Assembly (NCBI GenBank): GCA_010093705.1 | Contig: MU006092.1 | Location: forward strand, 1,320,350 to 1,384,349 | DNA length: 64,000 nt | DNA from: Patellaria atrata CBS 101060 | Lineage: Eukaryota | Direction of reading: 5' to 3' | In this document: positions 11,821 through 24,720 of the stretch, piece after piece | Position numbering within the stretch: position 1 is the first letter of the stretch | Layout: each line of letters begins with the position of its first letter | Made by a program: the position numbers and the translations under genes | Notes under the pieces: model-generated | Told to the model about the DNA's origin: nothing | Seen by the model: the letters and a program-made list of their open reading frames with translations, nothing else | Database searches by the model: none

Positions 11821-12686
11821 TAGCGCTCTGTTTTCCAAATTTTCATACCTTCGTTCCTACTAGAGTTGTCCAGGGTCAAATGGATTTCCCATGCAATATG
11901 TTCTTTCTCCTTTCTAATTAGTTGGGCCTACCGTATACTCACCCCTGAAACCCCCCCACAACTCTGTTTCCAGGAGAGTCAAATCCACGTAATAAGCCCC
12001 AGAGTACGTAAAACTCAACTGTAAGAAATACAAGGGTTCATTCCAGAATTAAAGTTCACGTACTGTACGTTCAATTTCAAACATTCTCCAGCTCTACGAT
12101 AGAGGAAAGTCGGGCTTTGTACAATAAAACCCTTAAACGCACCTTGTCTGAACCATGCGGATGATAGAGGATTAAGGAATCTCCGGTCGTCGCAGATCTT
12201 GAGAGATCATTACTCAACCACGTGCCGTTTGTAGAATACCCGCATATTTTCAATTACAAACGACACAAACCCCACAAGCACCACATATCCTGAAGTAATT
12301 CTTATTTAAGACGATGCCCGCCCGCTTTCTCACCTTTTCTCCTCACATCCCCTAGAAGACACCGTCCTCACGAACTAATTAACCATGAATTTCATTCTTT
12401 ACTTTCATAATTTCGACCGTTTCATTTGTCCATTCTCCTTCGTGTATTATATCCACACTCTTTTAGTTTCTTTCAAAACTCCTCATCAAATGACAACTTT
12501 CCGAAGCTTATTGGCTAGCTGACCAACATGGGAAAGAGCACAGGACAAGCAATTTCCATGAGCATCGCAGCAATGGATCTCGCCCACCACCAATACTTCA
12601 TTTTTAATTCTTTAGTCAATCTTCCTTTAACACCATCTTCTACCTTGTCGTCGATACAATCTCGATTCCATGCAAGTAACGCAAGT

Positions 12687-13241
12687 ATGGAAACGCCAAA
12701 ACCCTCTAGCAAGCTACCGCAACTGACCGAACAAGTTTTTGATGGCTTGGTCGCTTATATGGAGAGACAAAAGCGGGCAGTAATGTTTGCAGCTCTCAAA
12801 GCATCATCTCCAGGGGGCCGAAAGATTGCAGAGACGTTGGAGGATGAGATGTACGACAAGATGGTGGCAATGATCGAGGTATACGGTGAAGGGTAAGTAT
12901 CCATTATTACCAGTCCGAATGATCATATAAAACTGACATTTCCCTGCGTTAAGAGGAAGCACTAACTAGAACAGATACTTAGTCCTCTACTTAAGAAATT
13001 TAAGAGCACTCACGAGAATCTGGATTCTAAAGCCCCTGATGTACAAGCACAAGCACAAACTAACGTAGCAACCGACATATTAAACAAACTACCAGTCCCT
13101 ACCGACACCACCGCACAGAAAGACGATCCCAAACCCCAGCTCAAGGGAAGAAAGTCCGTCGCGTTCGATACAAAGCGAGAAAACGAGAGTAAAAAGAGAT
13201 GGAAGCACAAGCGTGTTTCAGCTTCCCGGCCTCTTTTATAA
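12687..13241 (+). pseudogene. Small orphan gene/pseudogene with one intron
   Basis: METPKPSSKLPQLTEQVFDGLVAYMERQKR...VYGEG, donor GTAAGT at 12893, branch CTGAC, then frame KH*LEQILSPLLKKF...KRWKHKRVSASRPLL*. It contains an in-frame TAA, plausibly CAA>TAA. Confidence 0.4.
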
Positions 13242-13973
13242 TTCCCTCTAAAGCCCCTTTCATCCCCCCCTCTCAACTCCAGCAACTGAACATGGACGAC
13301 GGGAAGCATGTACCAGTGCACCCTCCGAGCACACCCACTCCTCAGCCCCTGAAGCGTGTAATACCTAGCGACACCTCGGACGAGATATACTAATGACAAT
13401 CACGGCCTTGCGGACAATGGCTCATCACACTGATCTTTGCCGCTGGATGAGAGATGTTTGATGATACTGAAACGGCACCTCGTGGATACGTTCTTGAACG
13501 CCGGGATCTTTCACACCACTTATATAGTTACATACATCAGCATACCTTCAATTTACGATGGCAAGTTCCGACAGCCACTATTTGACACACCTTTTGGGCG
13601 TTTGTTCTGTTCAGTGGCACATCGCTGCAGAAGAATATCTCGGTTTTTCTTTCATCAGTCTCTCCATAGTGGGAACGCACACGAGGGAGTTCGCAAGTGG
13701 TGCACCACCTATTGTCATGATTTCGAAGGTAGGCCATAGAGTAAAATTGGTATAGCAAAGGGGATGGTGGGTGGAGTGCGCGGCGGGGCTTTCATTCGGA
13801 TGGAATTCAGCTCGATTTGTTGTTAGAGCAGATATATTAATAGCACAGCGACAATCATCCCATCACTCGTCAATGAACCACACACGAGTGCTCAAAGGTC
13901 TCTACTCAATTAGCAATGAAAGTCCTTCATAATAATATCCACACTAACTACCCTTGTGAATCTACATACCCCC

Positions 13974-16407
13974 CTACTCTAAAGTGCCAGCAGCCTTATT
14001 CACCAACCCAGCTATAATCCCCGCCCACCTATACGCCCCGCCCTTATCCCCGTCGTCGATGGCCTCCACGAGGCCCGGGTAAGTAGCCCCTGCATACCCC
14101 GTCCACAGACCCGGCGCAAAGACCACGTGCTTGAACCACGGTCTGCTATCCAGGCCCGGCGCGTACAAAAACTGCCGCTCGAGCTCCTTGTACGCGTTGT
14201 TGACCTGGCGCACAGCATAGTAGAGCTTAACCTTCTTCCACCACTTCCACCACGGGATATCCGCGTGTCGGACCTCGTTAAGGAGGTCAGCGGCATGGGC
14301 ATCAAAAGTTACAGAGGAGTTATGGAGACGGTCGAGGGCTTTTTCGATGGAGGTGAAGAGAGTAGATTCTTGGGAGAAGATGGGGGAGTTCGCGGCTTTG
14401 TCCTCGAGTTTGAGGAGGTATGCTTTCAGTGCTGTGGCGTAGTCTGTCGCGTTGAGTTGGATGACGGGTGTTTCTGCTAGGTTTGCGGCGAGGAGGGCCC
14501 AGACCTTGGAGATTGCTTCGTGGTAGTGGAAGCCGGGGTCGCCGAACTTGTCCATCCAGTCGAAGGAGTCGTAGTTGGAGTGGTAGTGGTAGACGGGACT
14601 GTCTGGGCCTGTGTTGAAGCCGATATCGACGCAAGGGATACCGGCGAAGTCTTGGAAGGCGGTGAAATCGCTTCCGGAGCCCATGGTGCTGATGTGTTTG
14701 TCCCAGGTGTCGTAGACCGTCTGGTTCTCGACTGTTTGGTTTGGTGAGAGGACGAGCTGTGTAGCTTCCATGAGGGCTTTGTTCAATAGAGGGGCGCCGG
14801 CGGCTTTGAAATATGATCCTACGGCCCCAATGTCGACGTTGAGGTATGCGATGTTAGTGGCTGTGAGCCAGGGGATGTATTCTTCGACCCACTCCGTTGA
14901 GCCAAGGAGACCGTATTCTTCGCCGTCCCAGCTTGCGAAGACAATGGTGCGCATCGGTTTCCACCCCGCTTCTAGAGCAACTCCAAAGGAGCGGATGACT
15001 TCGTTCAGGGCTGCGGAACCGCTGTTCGGGTCGCCAGCTCCACCGGCAATCCATGCATCTCTATGATTACCCAATACTATCGCTTCATCAGGAATGGTAC
15101 CATTAATTACTCCAATGACATTCCACATGGGCGTGATGACGTATTCTTGCGCGTTATAAAGGTTCAATACCAGATCGTCGGGCGATGGGCCAATGTTATA
15201 ATGCACGCCTTTGTGCCCGAGTCCGCCTGTATGCCAATACTTGTTGAACGATGATGCGTTGGGCCCATGCCCGTTCAAAGCTTTCAGTAACGGGATAGCT
15301 TCCGCATACGACAGAGGTAGAGATGGGATAGAGGGAATAGCGTTGTCTACAGGTTGACGAGGTGCTCCGGGTAGTGAAGGATAACCTGGTGTTGTGGGAT
15401 CACCTGGTGCTATAGCTTGTAACATATTAGCCACATATACAAAGTGTACGGAAAGACATACAAAGGAACTGTGTGCTTCCCCTTTGCACACTACTAGGAT
15501 TTCTGGCCGGCCCATCTGGATAAGTTTCGTATCCATTGACCTTCCTAATCTCTCCATCGTCGCCTGGGTCCGAATAAATTACAGCGCCAATCATTCCTAG
15601 CTCTTGGGCTCTCTTCACTTTCAGGCCCCTAAATATATGACTGTATTTGATAAGAGCGATCTTGCCGGCAAGGCTAATGTTTGCAGCTAGGAGATCTTCA
15701 AAGTCCTGATACGTCCCATAATTGACAAATACATACGGTGCAGTGACATTTCCATTTGCACTGTAACCATGGAAGGTCGGTATGCGGTCTTCGAGCCCGC
15801 TTGTGCCATCCTCTTCTAAAACATCTTCTTCGAGAGTAGCCTCGAATTTTACCTTCCAATCAGCCTCACTTTCACCGTCGGCACCTGACTCAGGTTTGGT
15901 CTTTGAACTGCCCTCCTTTTCCAATAATGCCAGTCTATGATTAATCGGATAGTTGACATAGATGTCGTATGTTACAATACTTGACTTTACGCCGAACTCT
16001 TCCCATCGATCCTTCGTCCATAATGCCTGTGACAGGTTCTTCCCGGCCAAATGAGGGCCGGATGTATAGTATTTACTCCATTCCCTAGCTTTTTCTGCTT
16101 TCGGGGTCTCTTTCAAGATGTCCTGAAGCTCTTTATAATTTAAGCCTTCGCTCTTCGGCCATGCATTGTTTGGCAGTCTGACGGATCTCCTCGGATCACG
16201 ACTACCGAACCCTAGGATATCTGGGTATATCAGAATGGTGATTACAATAGCGGCCACAAAAGCAGGAATCGCGGTAAGGAGGAGAGTACAAGAGCGACGG
16301 AGGTTATGATGTGGGTACCTAGCACGGTAGGGTCGGATTTGGACGACTTGGATGAGTGGAGTCCGCTCATCTGATGGTATGTCTGCCATTGTAATCTTCT
16401 CGCTCAT
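13974..16407 (-). CDS. Glutamate carboxypeptidase II / transferrin-receptor-like M28B peptidase (Vps70/Tre1-type), type II membrane; 2 exons (16407-15462, 15415-13974)
   Basis: N-terminal ERTPL plus one TM. PA domain (FRGLKVKRAQELG, YSDPGDDG, VQRGS). Intron 15461-15416 restores TQFLSIAPGDPTTPGYPS. Zn ligands GNHRDAW, GAGDPNSG, SWDGEEYGLLGSTEW, YLNVD, YHYHSNYDS. TFR dimer motif RPWFKHVVFAP. Confidence 0.95.
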
Positions 16408-17710
16408 CTTCAGAGGCGAGAAGTGACGGAACTGGAGAGTATCGGAGAGGGGATGTTGTTGTTTGGGAGCTTTGGAGCTCGAGACGTGGCGATGATGCCA
16501 TCCGTTGTGAGGGAGCTCCTCCCCCTCGCGAATGCCCGTTGTCGATCCTTTGGCAAGTCCACCAACAATTTCACTTTTCCTTCCATCACGGTATTGTATA
16601 GTATTGCTACGCAAATCGCTATCGAGTTTGTCCTGTCCTCTTTTTTGAAATAATGATAAACTGTGATGGATGGAAGCTCAAGAGTTTAGATTCGGGGTGC
16701 AACTAGTGACCAGCATGCATTCTCGTCTGAACACCTGGGTCCCCCCATCATCGGAGGTTCTATCACCGTAATATTCTTCCATTGATCGAATTCACAGACG
16801 CTTCACCCCTGTTGATTACTGTACTGAAGGGTGCCATATTTGCGCAGCTCTTCGCAGTCGGATAGCAACTCAACATCCCACGAGCCTCAATATCTGATAT
16901 CCAATACAGACCATACAGTTGTCGTTGCTCTTCACTGAGTCCTACTGATAAGTAACTGCATCTTGAGATATACTATCTCAATTTACTTTCCTCATGCGAG
17001 TACAGTGAGTTCGTACAATTCCGCCTCGGGGAAGCCGTCGAAGGGGGAGCGTTTCCAACATTTTCTCCTTCATGCGTCAAATCATGTCTTCGGCATGTAG
17101 AGCCTCTAGGTGTTTCAAGCCCAATCCTCGCATTGCGTTCATACATCTAGATCTGAAGATCATATGCTCACCCTAGGAATATCTCAGTCTATTCCGACTT
17201 GCGATTTAGGCCGCGGGAACCAAAAAGACCACGCACAGCCTATGGCCTCTAGCAACCGATGAGGCCCTCGGTTTCACTTCTACTCTTTCTCAAGACAGTT
17301 CAAAATATTAAGGTACGTGCACCCTTTGTATGCTGACTAGTAAGGTTCCAAATCCCACGGCGCTCCATTGCGGTTATGTTTTGTGGCAGTGAAACCAAGT
17401 ACCGTAACCCATACATTATGCGCCACTGAATAGGAAGTACTCTCAATCCATATTGACTCTTTTTCTTTTCGACCATTTAGATTTCTCATCGAGACTTGCT
17501 ATATCCTTTATACATAACCCTCTGTGGGCCTCTTTGTTTAAGAGTTATTAGAGCTTAATTTTTTTTTTCAAATATTAGGATTTTCCTCATAATCCTCTTT
17601 GGTTCTCATCATTGCTGATTACCTTATATTTCCTTGTATTTCGTTATATATACCGCAAATACAAAAACGGACATCATTTCTATAAGTTTTATGTGAATGA
17701 TCGTTCAAGA

Positions 17711-20060
17711 ATGGCGCCGGAAGTGCCCCCTAAACCATATCCTATAATCCCAAAAAAGTCGACCGTACAGATCCAGCGTTCAATATCTGAAGTCCAACGG
17801 CAAACTGTTCCAGAAAGTCTACGCATCCAGTTTCCAGTGTCAAGGCAGCAACAAGAGAGCGAAAGCCCACCCAAACGAGAAAGAAGTAACGCGGCTTCTC
17901 CACAAGTTGTAAATGTCTGTCCTGATGAGGGTGTCTCGAGCCCCCCCTTGCCGAGGAACCTATTATCAAATTTATCGGCTTTACGAACGAATCAAGGTAA
18001 TACACATGAAGGTCGCCCCGCCAGAAATGGCGTACAAATACCTCGCCCCTCGTTTCATCCATCTGGAATAAGTAGCAGCGGTTACTCAACCGTTCGGTCA
18101 TCCGGCACATCCCCTTCATTTGTGATCGAAGAAGCCTCAGAAGCAACGATCCAACACGTCAGAGTCTCAAAACCCAGAGTTACATATAACTTCTCTCGCC
18201 CCTTCCGGATAGCGTTGAACCGCGGGAGCACAAAATCTACCTCAAGTAATGCAAATCAAACAGGGATTACGCATATATCTACCCCACACGTTAAGCCCAA
18301 AAATGAACCCGAATCTGAGACTTGCGAAATATCCAAATGGCGATGGGTGTTTGCATGTCTAAATATGTTTTCTGGGGCTCTCTTGTATGGTAAGCATATC
18401 ATGCCTGCAACTTACCTATCTCCTAAATACTAACGGATCTTGTAGGCATTGATACAACGATTGCTGTGAACATCCAAGGAATCATCTATCAGGACTTAGG
18501 CAGTCTACAGAACCTTCCATGGATAGGTATTGGTTTTTTCCTTGGCTCAGCAGCTGTGGTTCTTCCACTCCAAAAATTTGTAACCTTGTATAACCTCAAA
18601 TGGATGCTTTTGTCCTCATTTGTTGTTTTTGTGGTCGGAAACACCCTTTGCGGAGCCGCACCAGTAATGGCTGAGTTTATTGTAGGACGTATCATAGCTG
18701 GGATCGGTGGCGTAGGAGTTATTATTTTGTATGATACCTCATCTAACCTAATATTTGTGTGTCTAACAACTAACTGCTATTAGTAACTTTGCTTATACGT
18801 CTATATTCACAGCTCCGAATCATCGGCAGTTCTATCATGCGGGAATATTTCTGTTCTGGAATATTGGTATGATTGTAGGTCCTGTCATTGGTGGTTCTTT
18901 CAGCGATAGCAGCGTATCCTGGCGATGGTCTTTCTATATCATCATAATTTTTACTGGCGCAAGTAGGTCATCGAAATCAAAGCTTACACCTATTGTCCGT
19001 TCACTCATTTACTTCAACAGTCAACTTTCCAATCTCATCCTTGCTCATGCCTCATTTCCAACCACCATTGGAGTCCTCAACGGGAAAAGAACTTGCCACA
19101 ATTGACTGGCTCGGAACTTTCCTGAACACTACTGTCTTTACCCTTTTCGCTATTGTTGTAACCTTTCAAGGCGCGATATGGAGTTGGAAGTCCCCAGCCG
19201 CCATCGTGATCTGGTATATCTTTGGCCTTTCACTGATCGCCCACATCCTCCAACAAATATATAGCATCTACACCTCCCCTACCCACCGAATCTTCCCCGT
19301 CGAGCTACTTCGTAGCCGCACCATGATCCTCCTTTTCATCGTCACCAGCTGTGCTACTGCGGCCCTAGTCATCCCACTCTACTATGTTCCCCTATTATTC
19401 CAATTCACCCGTGGCGAAGATACCCTTCAAACACCTATCTATCTCCTCCCTCTCCTAATCCCCTTCGTCTTCACCCTCTTAGTCACCAGCGCAATTCTTC
19501 CCCTCGCCAAACTTTATCCACCCTTCTACCTCGCCGGCGGAATCCTTATCTCGATCGGCGGCACCATTTTCCTCCGCATCACACCCAGCACATCCCGTGG
19601 GTCCATATACGGCGCCGAGAGCGTCATGGCGATCGGCGCCGGTCTAACTTTTCAAAGCGCATATACCATCGCTGCTGCTAAAACACGCTCAGACAAAGCC
19701 GCTACAGCAGTCAGTTTAATCAGTATCGCGCAGGTCGGATCTGCGACCATCGCTCTCACGGTAGCGGGCACGATCTTTCAGAATCTGGGATACCATAACC
19801 TGGCGTGTGCGTTTGTGGGAAGGAGGTTTGAGGTCGAGGAGCTCAGGGGCATGTTAGCGGGGAGAATGAGTCCGGTTCTGAGGGGCGCTAGTGAGGAGAT
19901 TATGGTGTTGGCGCTTGAGGCGATTGTTGATACGATAGCGAAGGGTTTTGCGTTGGTTGTTGCGGCGGGAGGAGTTATGGTTCTGGCGGCGGCGGGGATG
20001 AGGTGGGAGAGGTTGAAGATGAAGGGGATCTGGGGAGATAGAGGTCTGGAAGAAGAATAG
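17711..20060 (+). CDS. MFS drug:H+ antiporter (DHA2/14-TMS type) with long N-terminal disordered extension; 4 exons
   Basis: LYG|IDTTIAVNIQ, LPWIGIGFFLG, LCGAAP..FIVGRIIAGIGG, IVGPVIGGSFSDSSVSWRWSFY, IDWLG, IPLYYVPLLFQFTRG. Introns 18390-18445, 18729-18783, 18963-19020. Confidence 0.85.
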
Positions 20061-20339
20061 GTAGGGATAGAGGTTACTGCTGTAGTTATAGGGAATACTT
20101 TGTATATAGTTGAGGAACTCTAGTTTTGTTTGTTTTGTCTCCTCCATTAATGTCTAGGCCAGTCAACGGATTTAGGAGAAGAGTTATGCAGTAACATAGT
20201 AGGGAGAGTGTAAGGAAGGATAACCACATCATGCTGGTAGATTATCATTTTCTGTAGGCCAGTCATCGCGTGCAATAACCGTGAGGTATCGATCATCATC
20301 TTTTCCCTCCCATTATCCTAAACCAGTGGTCGCATCCAT

Positions 20340-21332
20340 TGTCTTCCCGCGCTTCGCCATGATAGTGATGCATCCCTGAAGAACCTACTATGCCCATTCT
20401 CATCAACCTCGATCTTCCTAGGTCCCACGTCCACAATCGAGATAGACTCAAATGCACCTACCATCCAGCTTGTTGTTATCCTGCTGCTCGTCGGCGGACT
20501 AGGCCTTACTCGCTTCTTTGTTCATCCGCTCCCAGCGAACCCCATCGCGACGTGTGAGCGCTGGGAACTCCACAGCCAGAGGAGACGTAAATTTCGTAAA
20601 ATTTTGTGCGGCTAGTGAAGTTCGAGGGAGTGTTAGACATCTCTTGTACTCCGTTATAGTATGACCAATAGAGATCGGTGAGGGGATTGGTACCATCAAG
20701 CACTTCAGTTACTGCGACTTAGAAATATTTGCTGAGGAACCGCGCAGAGTCGTAGTAACTGCTGTAGGTGAATCGCTTGTTAATGCATAGATTGAGTAAA
20801 AACATGCAGTGTTCGTAGCTGAGGTTATGGTTCAGGTCAAACTGGGCTGCTTGGAGATCTGCGCGGATTTTAGGGTTCTGGATATATTCCGTCACTCCGA
20901 ATCTTCAGGGTGTTTCTAAAGGAATTCAGCATTTATTCAGTCAATCTCGTCCTTCTCCTTTCCAAATAACGTACATCATGTTGACTCTCTGGATATAAGC
21001 GAATGCGCGAAGCTCGTCTCTGTTTTGGGTTTATTAGAATTTTGATATGAAATTCCTTTGGTTAAACTTACGCGCAAAGAGCAGGTTTAATATCGTCAAG
21101 GATTTCAAACCCATCATGTACACCCTTTCGTCGTTCAGCGGACAAAGCTTCCTCTTTATAGATGCGTTGTGTCTTCCGTAGTTTCTCCCGTAGTTTCTCT
21201 TGTTGTTCTTCGCTATTGTTCTTCGGATCCCTAGCTATCGCGGCGTGCTTTTTCTCCCTCCGCTCCCTATTGTATTGTTTTCTCCCCTCAGCTGTCCGGA
21301 GAATGCCACTTCCGAGTACTGTTTACCGTCAT
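20340..21332 (-). pseudogene. Orphan-family pseudogene copy A (paralogue of 26117-27335)
   Basis: MTVNS../ILRTAEGRKQYN...DIKPALCA | ADELRAFAYIQRVNM (exon 21019-20975) | ..FGVTEYIQNPKIRADLQAAQFDLNHNLSYEHCMFLLNLCINKRF...EMSNTPSNFTSRTKFYEIY../EFPALTRRDGVRWERM../FESISIVDVGPRKIEVDENGHS. Several frameshifts and stops; the 3' end is approximate. Confidence 0.75.
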
Positions 21333-22633
21333 CACGAGAGAAGAATTCCTTGCAACACTTGGTAAGCAAAATGATATATAACGATTTGAGTAGTACAATA
21401 GATAATCTGCTATAATGGTGGAAGGTAAGAGATCTATGAATAGCAATAGAATGGCATATGGGGAAAAGGTCTGGTGAGATAGCTGCTCGAAGGGATAACC
21501 ATCTCAAATTCGCGATCACAATAAGCGGATTTGGCGAACGATATTAAACTGCAAAGATGCTAAAGCGAAAGGGGATTGAAGTGCTAGTCATGGTATAGGA
21601 ACTTACAGGGCCGTTGATTGATTGCAAAAGTTTGAAGAATTGGAGGAGAGAATGGTCTATTAATAAGATCAGCAGGTGCGGTTAGGGCGGCCATTCAAAG
21701 ACAAACGGCTGCTTGAAGCGAAATGACTCAAAAATATGTGACTCTCTAACACGCGATTATGTGGGGAAATATAATGAGCCTACGATATTCTGTCTTCGAG
21801 TATTCTAACAACTTGTAATCGCAGTGAATACAGATTTGAGAACAAAGAAGCTGTGAAAAGTAATTGAACTCTTCCATTGAGTAAAAATTTGATGGTAACT
21901 CTGGTCGCGTCATCGACGAGTAAAAAGTATTGACAAGAGTAATAACTTAAAAAATTGCAGGATGCTCTATATCGTCTTCCTTCAGACCCATATGACTTTC
22001 TACTTAGTATTAGGGCCTTCCGATCCTCAAGAGCAATAGAGGAAGCTAACTGTTCTCTCTCTAAAGCAGAACTGTGGGAGATAATATAAGCATACAGAAA
22101 GAAGCAAATACAATACCTCTTATCAGATCTTTCAGGATTCCTCGTCTACTATATGTGCTCTCTCAAAGTGCTCTGACACTTTAACCAGTCAAGTGAAAAT
22201 GGAAGAACGTACCACATTTGTACGAGGGACCTGATAATACAGCAAACAACAGTGGTGGAACTTTGCAATTAGCATCTTCCTAGGAATAAGAAGGAGGTGT
22301 AAATGCTATCCGGAATGGGGGAGGTGATGCAAAAGAGGGAGTAGAATATGGTGTTACTCAGTTGCTGTATGGCTGGCGCTGAATACCCCCTACACCGATG
22401 TACGTATGGAAACAGACCTTACACTGATGCAAGCCGTACTATGCCTGGGTCAAACATCATTTATGGCTGTCGATGCTTCTGATTCGATAGTTCCTCCGTA
22501 AGTGTATTTCCAGCAAAGCGAGCAGTGAGATGGGAAGAGGGGTATTCCTATCCCAATCAAAATTTCGTATCTTTATAAAGCTCCTCGTAATTTGGGGGTC
22601 TGTAGTGACCGGGGTGAGGGCGCGCGCCAAGTA

Positions 22634-22674
22634 GAAGTCTTGGACACTCCGTGCACAGAGACACTCCGTGCACG
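22634..22674 (+). repeat. Left TIR (41 bp) with internal 14-bp direct repeat
   Basis: gacactccgtgcac occurs twice (22643-22656, 22660-22673). Exact reverse complement of 24680-24720. Confidence 0.97.
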
Positions 22675-22724
22675 CCACCCCACAAACCTATACTGTTACT
22701 TCAAAATTCAATATCTCCATCAAT

Positions 22725-24567
22725 ATGGTAGCTATTGACCTCGCTCTTGATGATCTGAATAGCCAATCAGTACCTAATATCAGCCATACTGCTAAAAAGT
22801 TTGGTGTTGACCGTACTACGTTGTCGCGTCGATGGAGAGGTATAACCCGTTCTATAGATACGGCGTACAAGAGGAGAGAATTCCTCAACGAATCCCAGTC
22901 CAAATTCCTTATTAATTATATTAACAGAGTCTCTGCGCAAGGCTTAGCGCCTACTCCATTAATGGTACGGACCTGGGCAGTAGAGATTGCTAAGAAAGAG
23001 CCGTCAGCTAAATGGCCAAGCCGCTGGATTAAGCGAAATTCAAAATGTTTGAAATCTAGATATCTCTCAGGGCTAGATAAATCCAGGAAAAATTCAGAAT
23101 CTGCCTTCTACTACGCGCTATACTTTAAGCTATTAGCTCGTAAAATAGAGCAGTATAGGGTTAAAATCCCTAATATATGGAATATAGACGAGAAGGGCTT
23201 TCTAATAGGTATACTGCAAAAGTAACGTCGTTACTTCTCTAAAGTATACTACGAAATAGGGGCTCTGAAGCACGTACTTCAAGATGGTAGTAGATCGTGG
23301 ATAACGTGTCTTGCTACTATCTATGCTGACGGTAGGCACCTGGATCTAATGCTGATTTACGAGGCGGTTAGTGGAGATATTCAGGATACGTGGATATAAG
23401 ACTATAACGAAAATATCCATAAATGCTCTTTTGCTTCCTCTCTAACTGGCTGGACGAATAACGAGCTCGGATATCAGTGGCTAACACGAGTCTTTAAGCC
23501 GTATACTAGACCCACAAGCGATAGAGAGTGGAGAGTTTTAATACTTGATGGGCACGGATCTCACGTCATAATGAAATTCATTGATTTTGCGTTAAGTCAT
23601 AGAATCCTGCTGGCTGTTTTTCCTCCGCATTCAACTCACCGTTTACAACCTCTTGACGTCTCATNNNNNNNNNNNNNNNNNNNNNNNNNNNNNNNNNNNN
23701 NNNNNNNNNNNNNNNNNNNNNNNNNNNNNNNNNNNNNNNNNNNNNNNNNNNNNNNNNNNNNNNNNNNNNNNNNNNNNNNNNNNNNNNNNNNNNNNNNNNN
23801 NNNNNNNNNNNNNNNNNNNNNNNNNNNNNNNNNNNNNNNNNNNNNNNNNNNNNNNNNNNNNNNNNNNNNNNNNNNNNNNNNNNNNNNNNNNNNNNNNNNN
23901 NNNNNNNNNNNNNNNNNNNNNNNNNNNNNNNNNNNNNNNNNNNNNNNNNNNNNNNNNNNNNNNNNNNNNNNNNNNNNNNNNNNNNNNNNNNNNNNNNNNN
24001 NNNNNNNNNNNNNNNNNNNNNNNNNNNNNNNNNNNNNNNNNNNNNNNNNNNNNNNNNNNNNNNNNNNNNNNNNNNNNNNNNNNNNNNNNNNNNNNNNNNN
24101 NNNNNNNNNNNNNNNNNNNNNNNNNNNNNNNNNNNNNNNNNNNNNNNNNNNNNNNNNNNNNNNNNNNNNNNNNNNNNNNNNNNNNNNNNNNNNNNNNNNN
24201 NNNNNNNNNNNNNNNNNNNNNNNNNNNNNNNNNNNNNNNNNNNNNNNNNNNNNNNNNNNNNNNNNNNNNNNNNNNNNNNNNNNNNNNNNNNNNNNNNNNN
24301 NNNNNNNNNNNNNNNNNNNNNNNNNNNNNNNNNNAGGTATCAGCTCGAGAGCGTGCTACTGAGGCTCGTCAGGCTCAACAACAGCTTATTGGCGATATCA
24401 GACAGTCACGGCTACGCAATAAGGTATCAAAAGGTGTATTTACTACCACTCAACAGAAGGAAGTTGTTGTTCTATCTCCATTAAAAGTTCAGGATAGTGG
24501 TGAAGGTAGTTCTCGTCCAAAACGCACGCGCAAAGCACCAGCACGATTTTTAGATTTTGAAACATAG
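22725..24567 (+). pseudogene. Fot1/pogo transposase (HTH psq + CENP-B HTH + DDE_1) inactivated by in-frame stops
   Basis: AKKFGVDRTTLSRR, WNIDEKGF, GWTNNELG, LILDGHGSH, FPPHSTHRLQPLDV, C-terminal RPKRTRKAPARF. In-frame TAA at 23223-25 and 23397-99. Confidence 0.93.
23665..24334. other. Assembly gap (670 N) inside transposon
   Basis: Run of N. Confidence 1.
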
Positions 24568-24679
24568 ATAGATCTATTTCTTACTATCTAAATAACTATT
24601 CTACCAAATTTGAATATAAACGGACTTATGGTTGTTGAGATATTCGTAATTCAAAAGCCATACTGTTGGTGGTGATCAC

Positions 24680-24720
24680 CGTGCACGGAGTGTCTCTGTG
24701 CACGGAGTGTCCAAGACTTC
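24680..24720 (-). repeat. Right TIR (41 bp)
   Basis: cgtgcacggagtgtctctgtgcacggagtgtccaagacttc followed by TA. Confidence 0.97.

Larger units (their letters stand above)
22634..24720 (+). mobile_element. Tc1/mariner superfamily pogo/Fot1-like DNA transposon, RIP-mutated
   Basis: Perfect 41-bp TIRs (22634-22674 and 24680-24720, gaagtcttggacactccgtgcacagagacactccgtgcacg) flanked by TA on both sides (22632-33, 24721-22). Encloses a transposase frame and a 670-N gap. Confidence 0.97.

Noticed and set aside
23571..24567. Long ORFs of 263 and 304 aa in the track
   Set aside because: Artefacts of translation through N gaps. They are parts of the transposase pseudogene.
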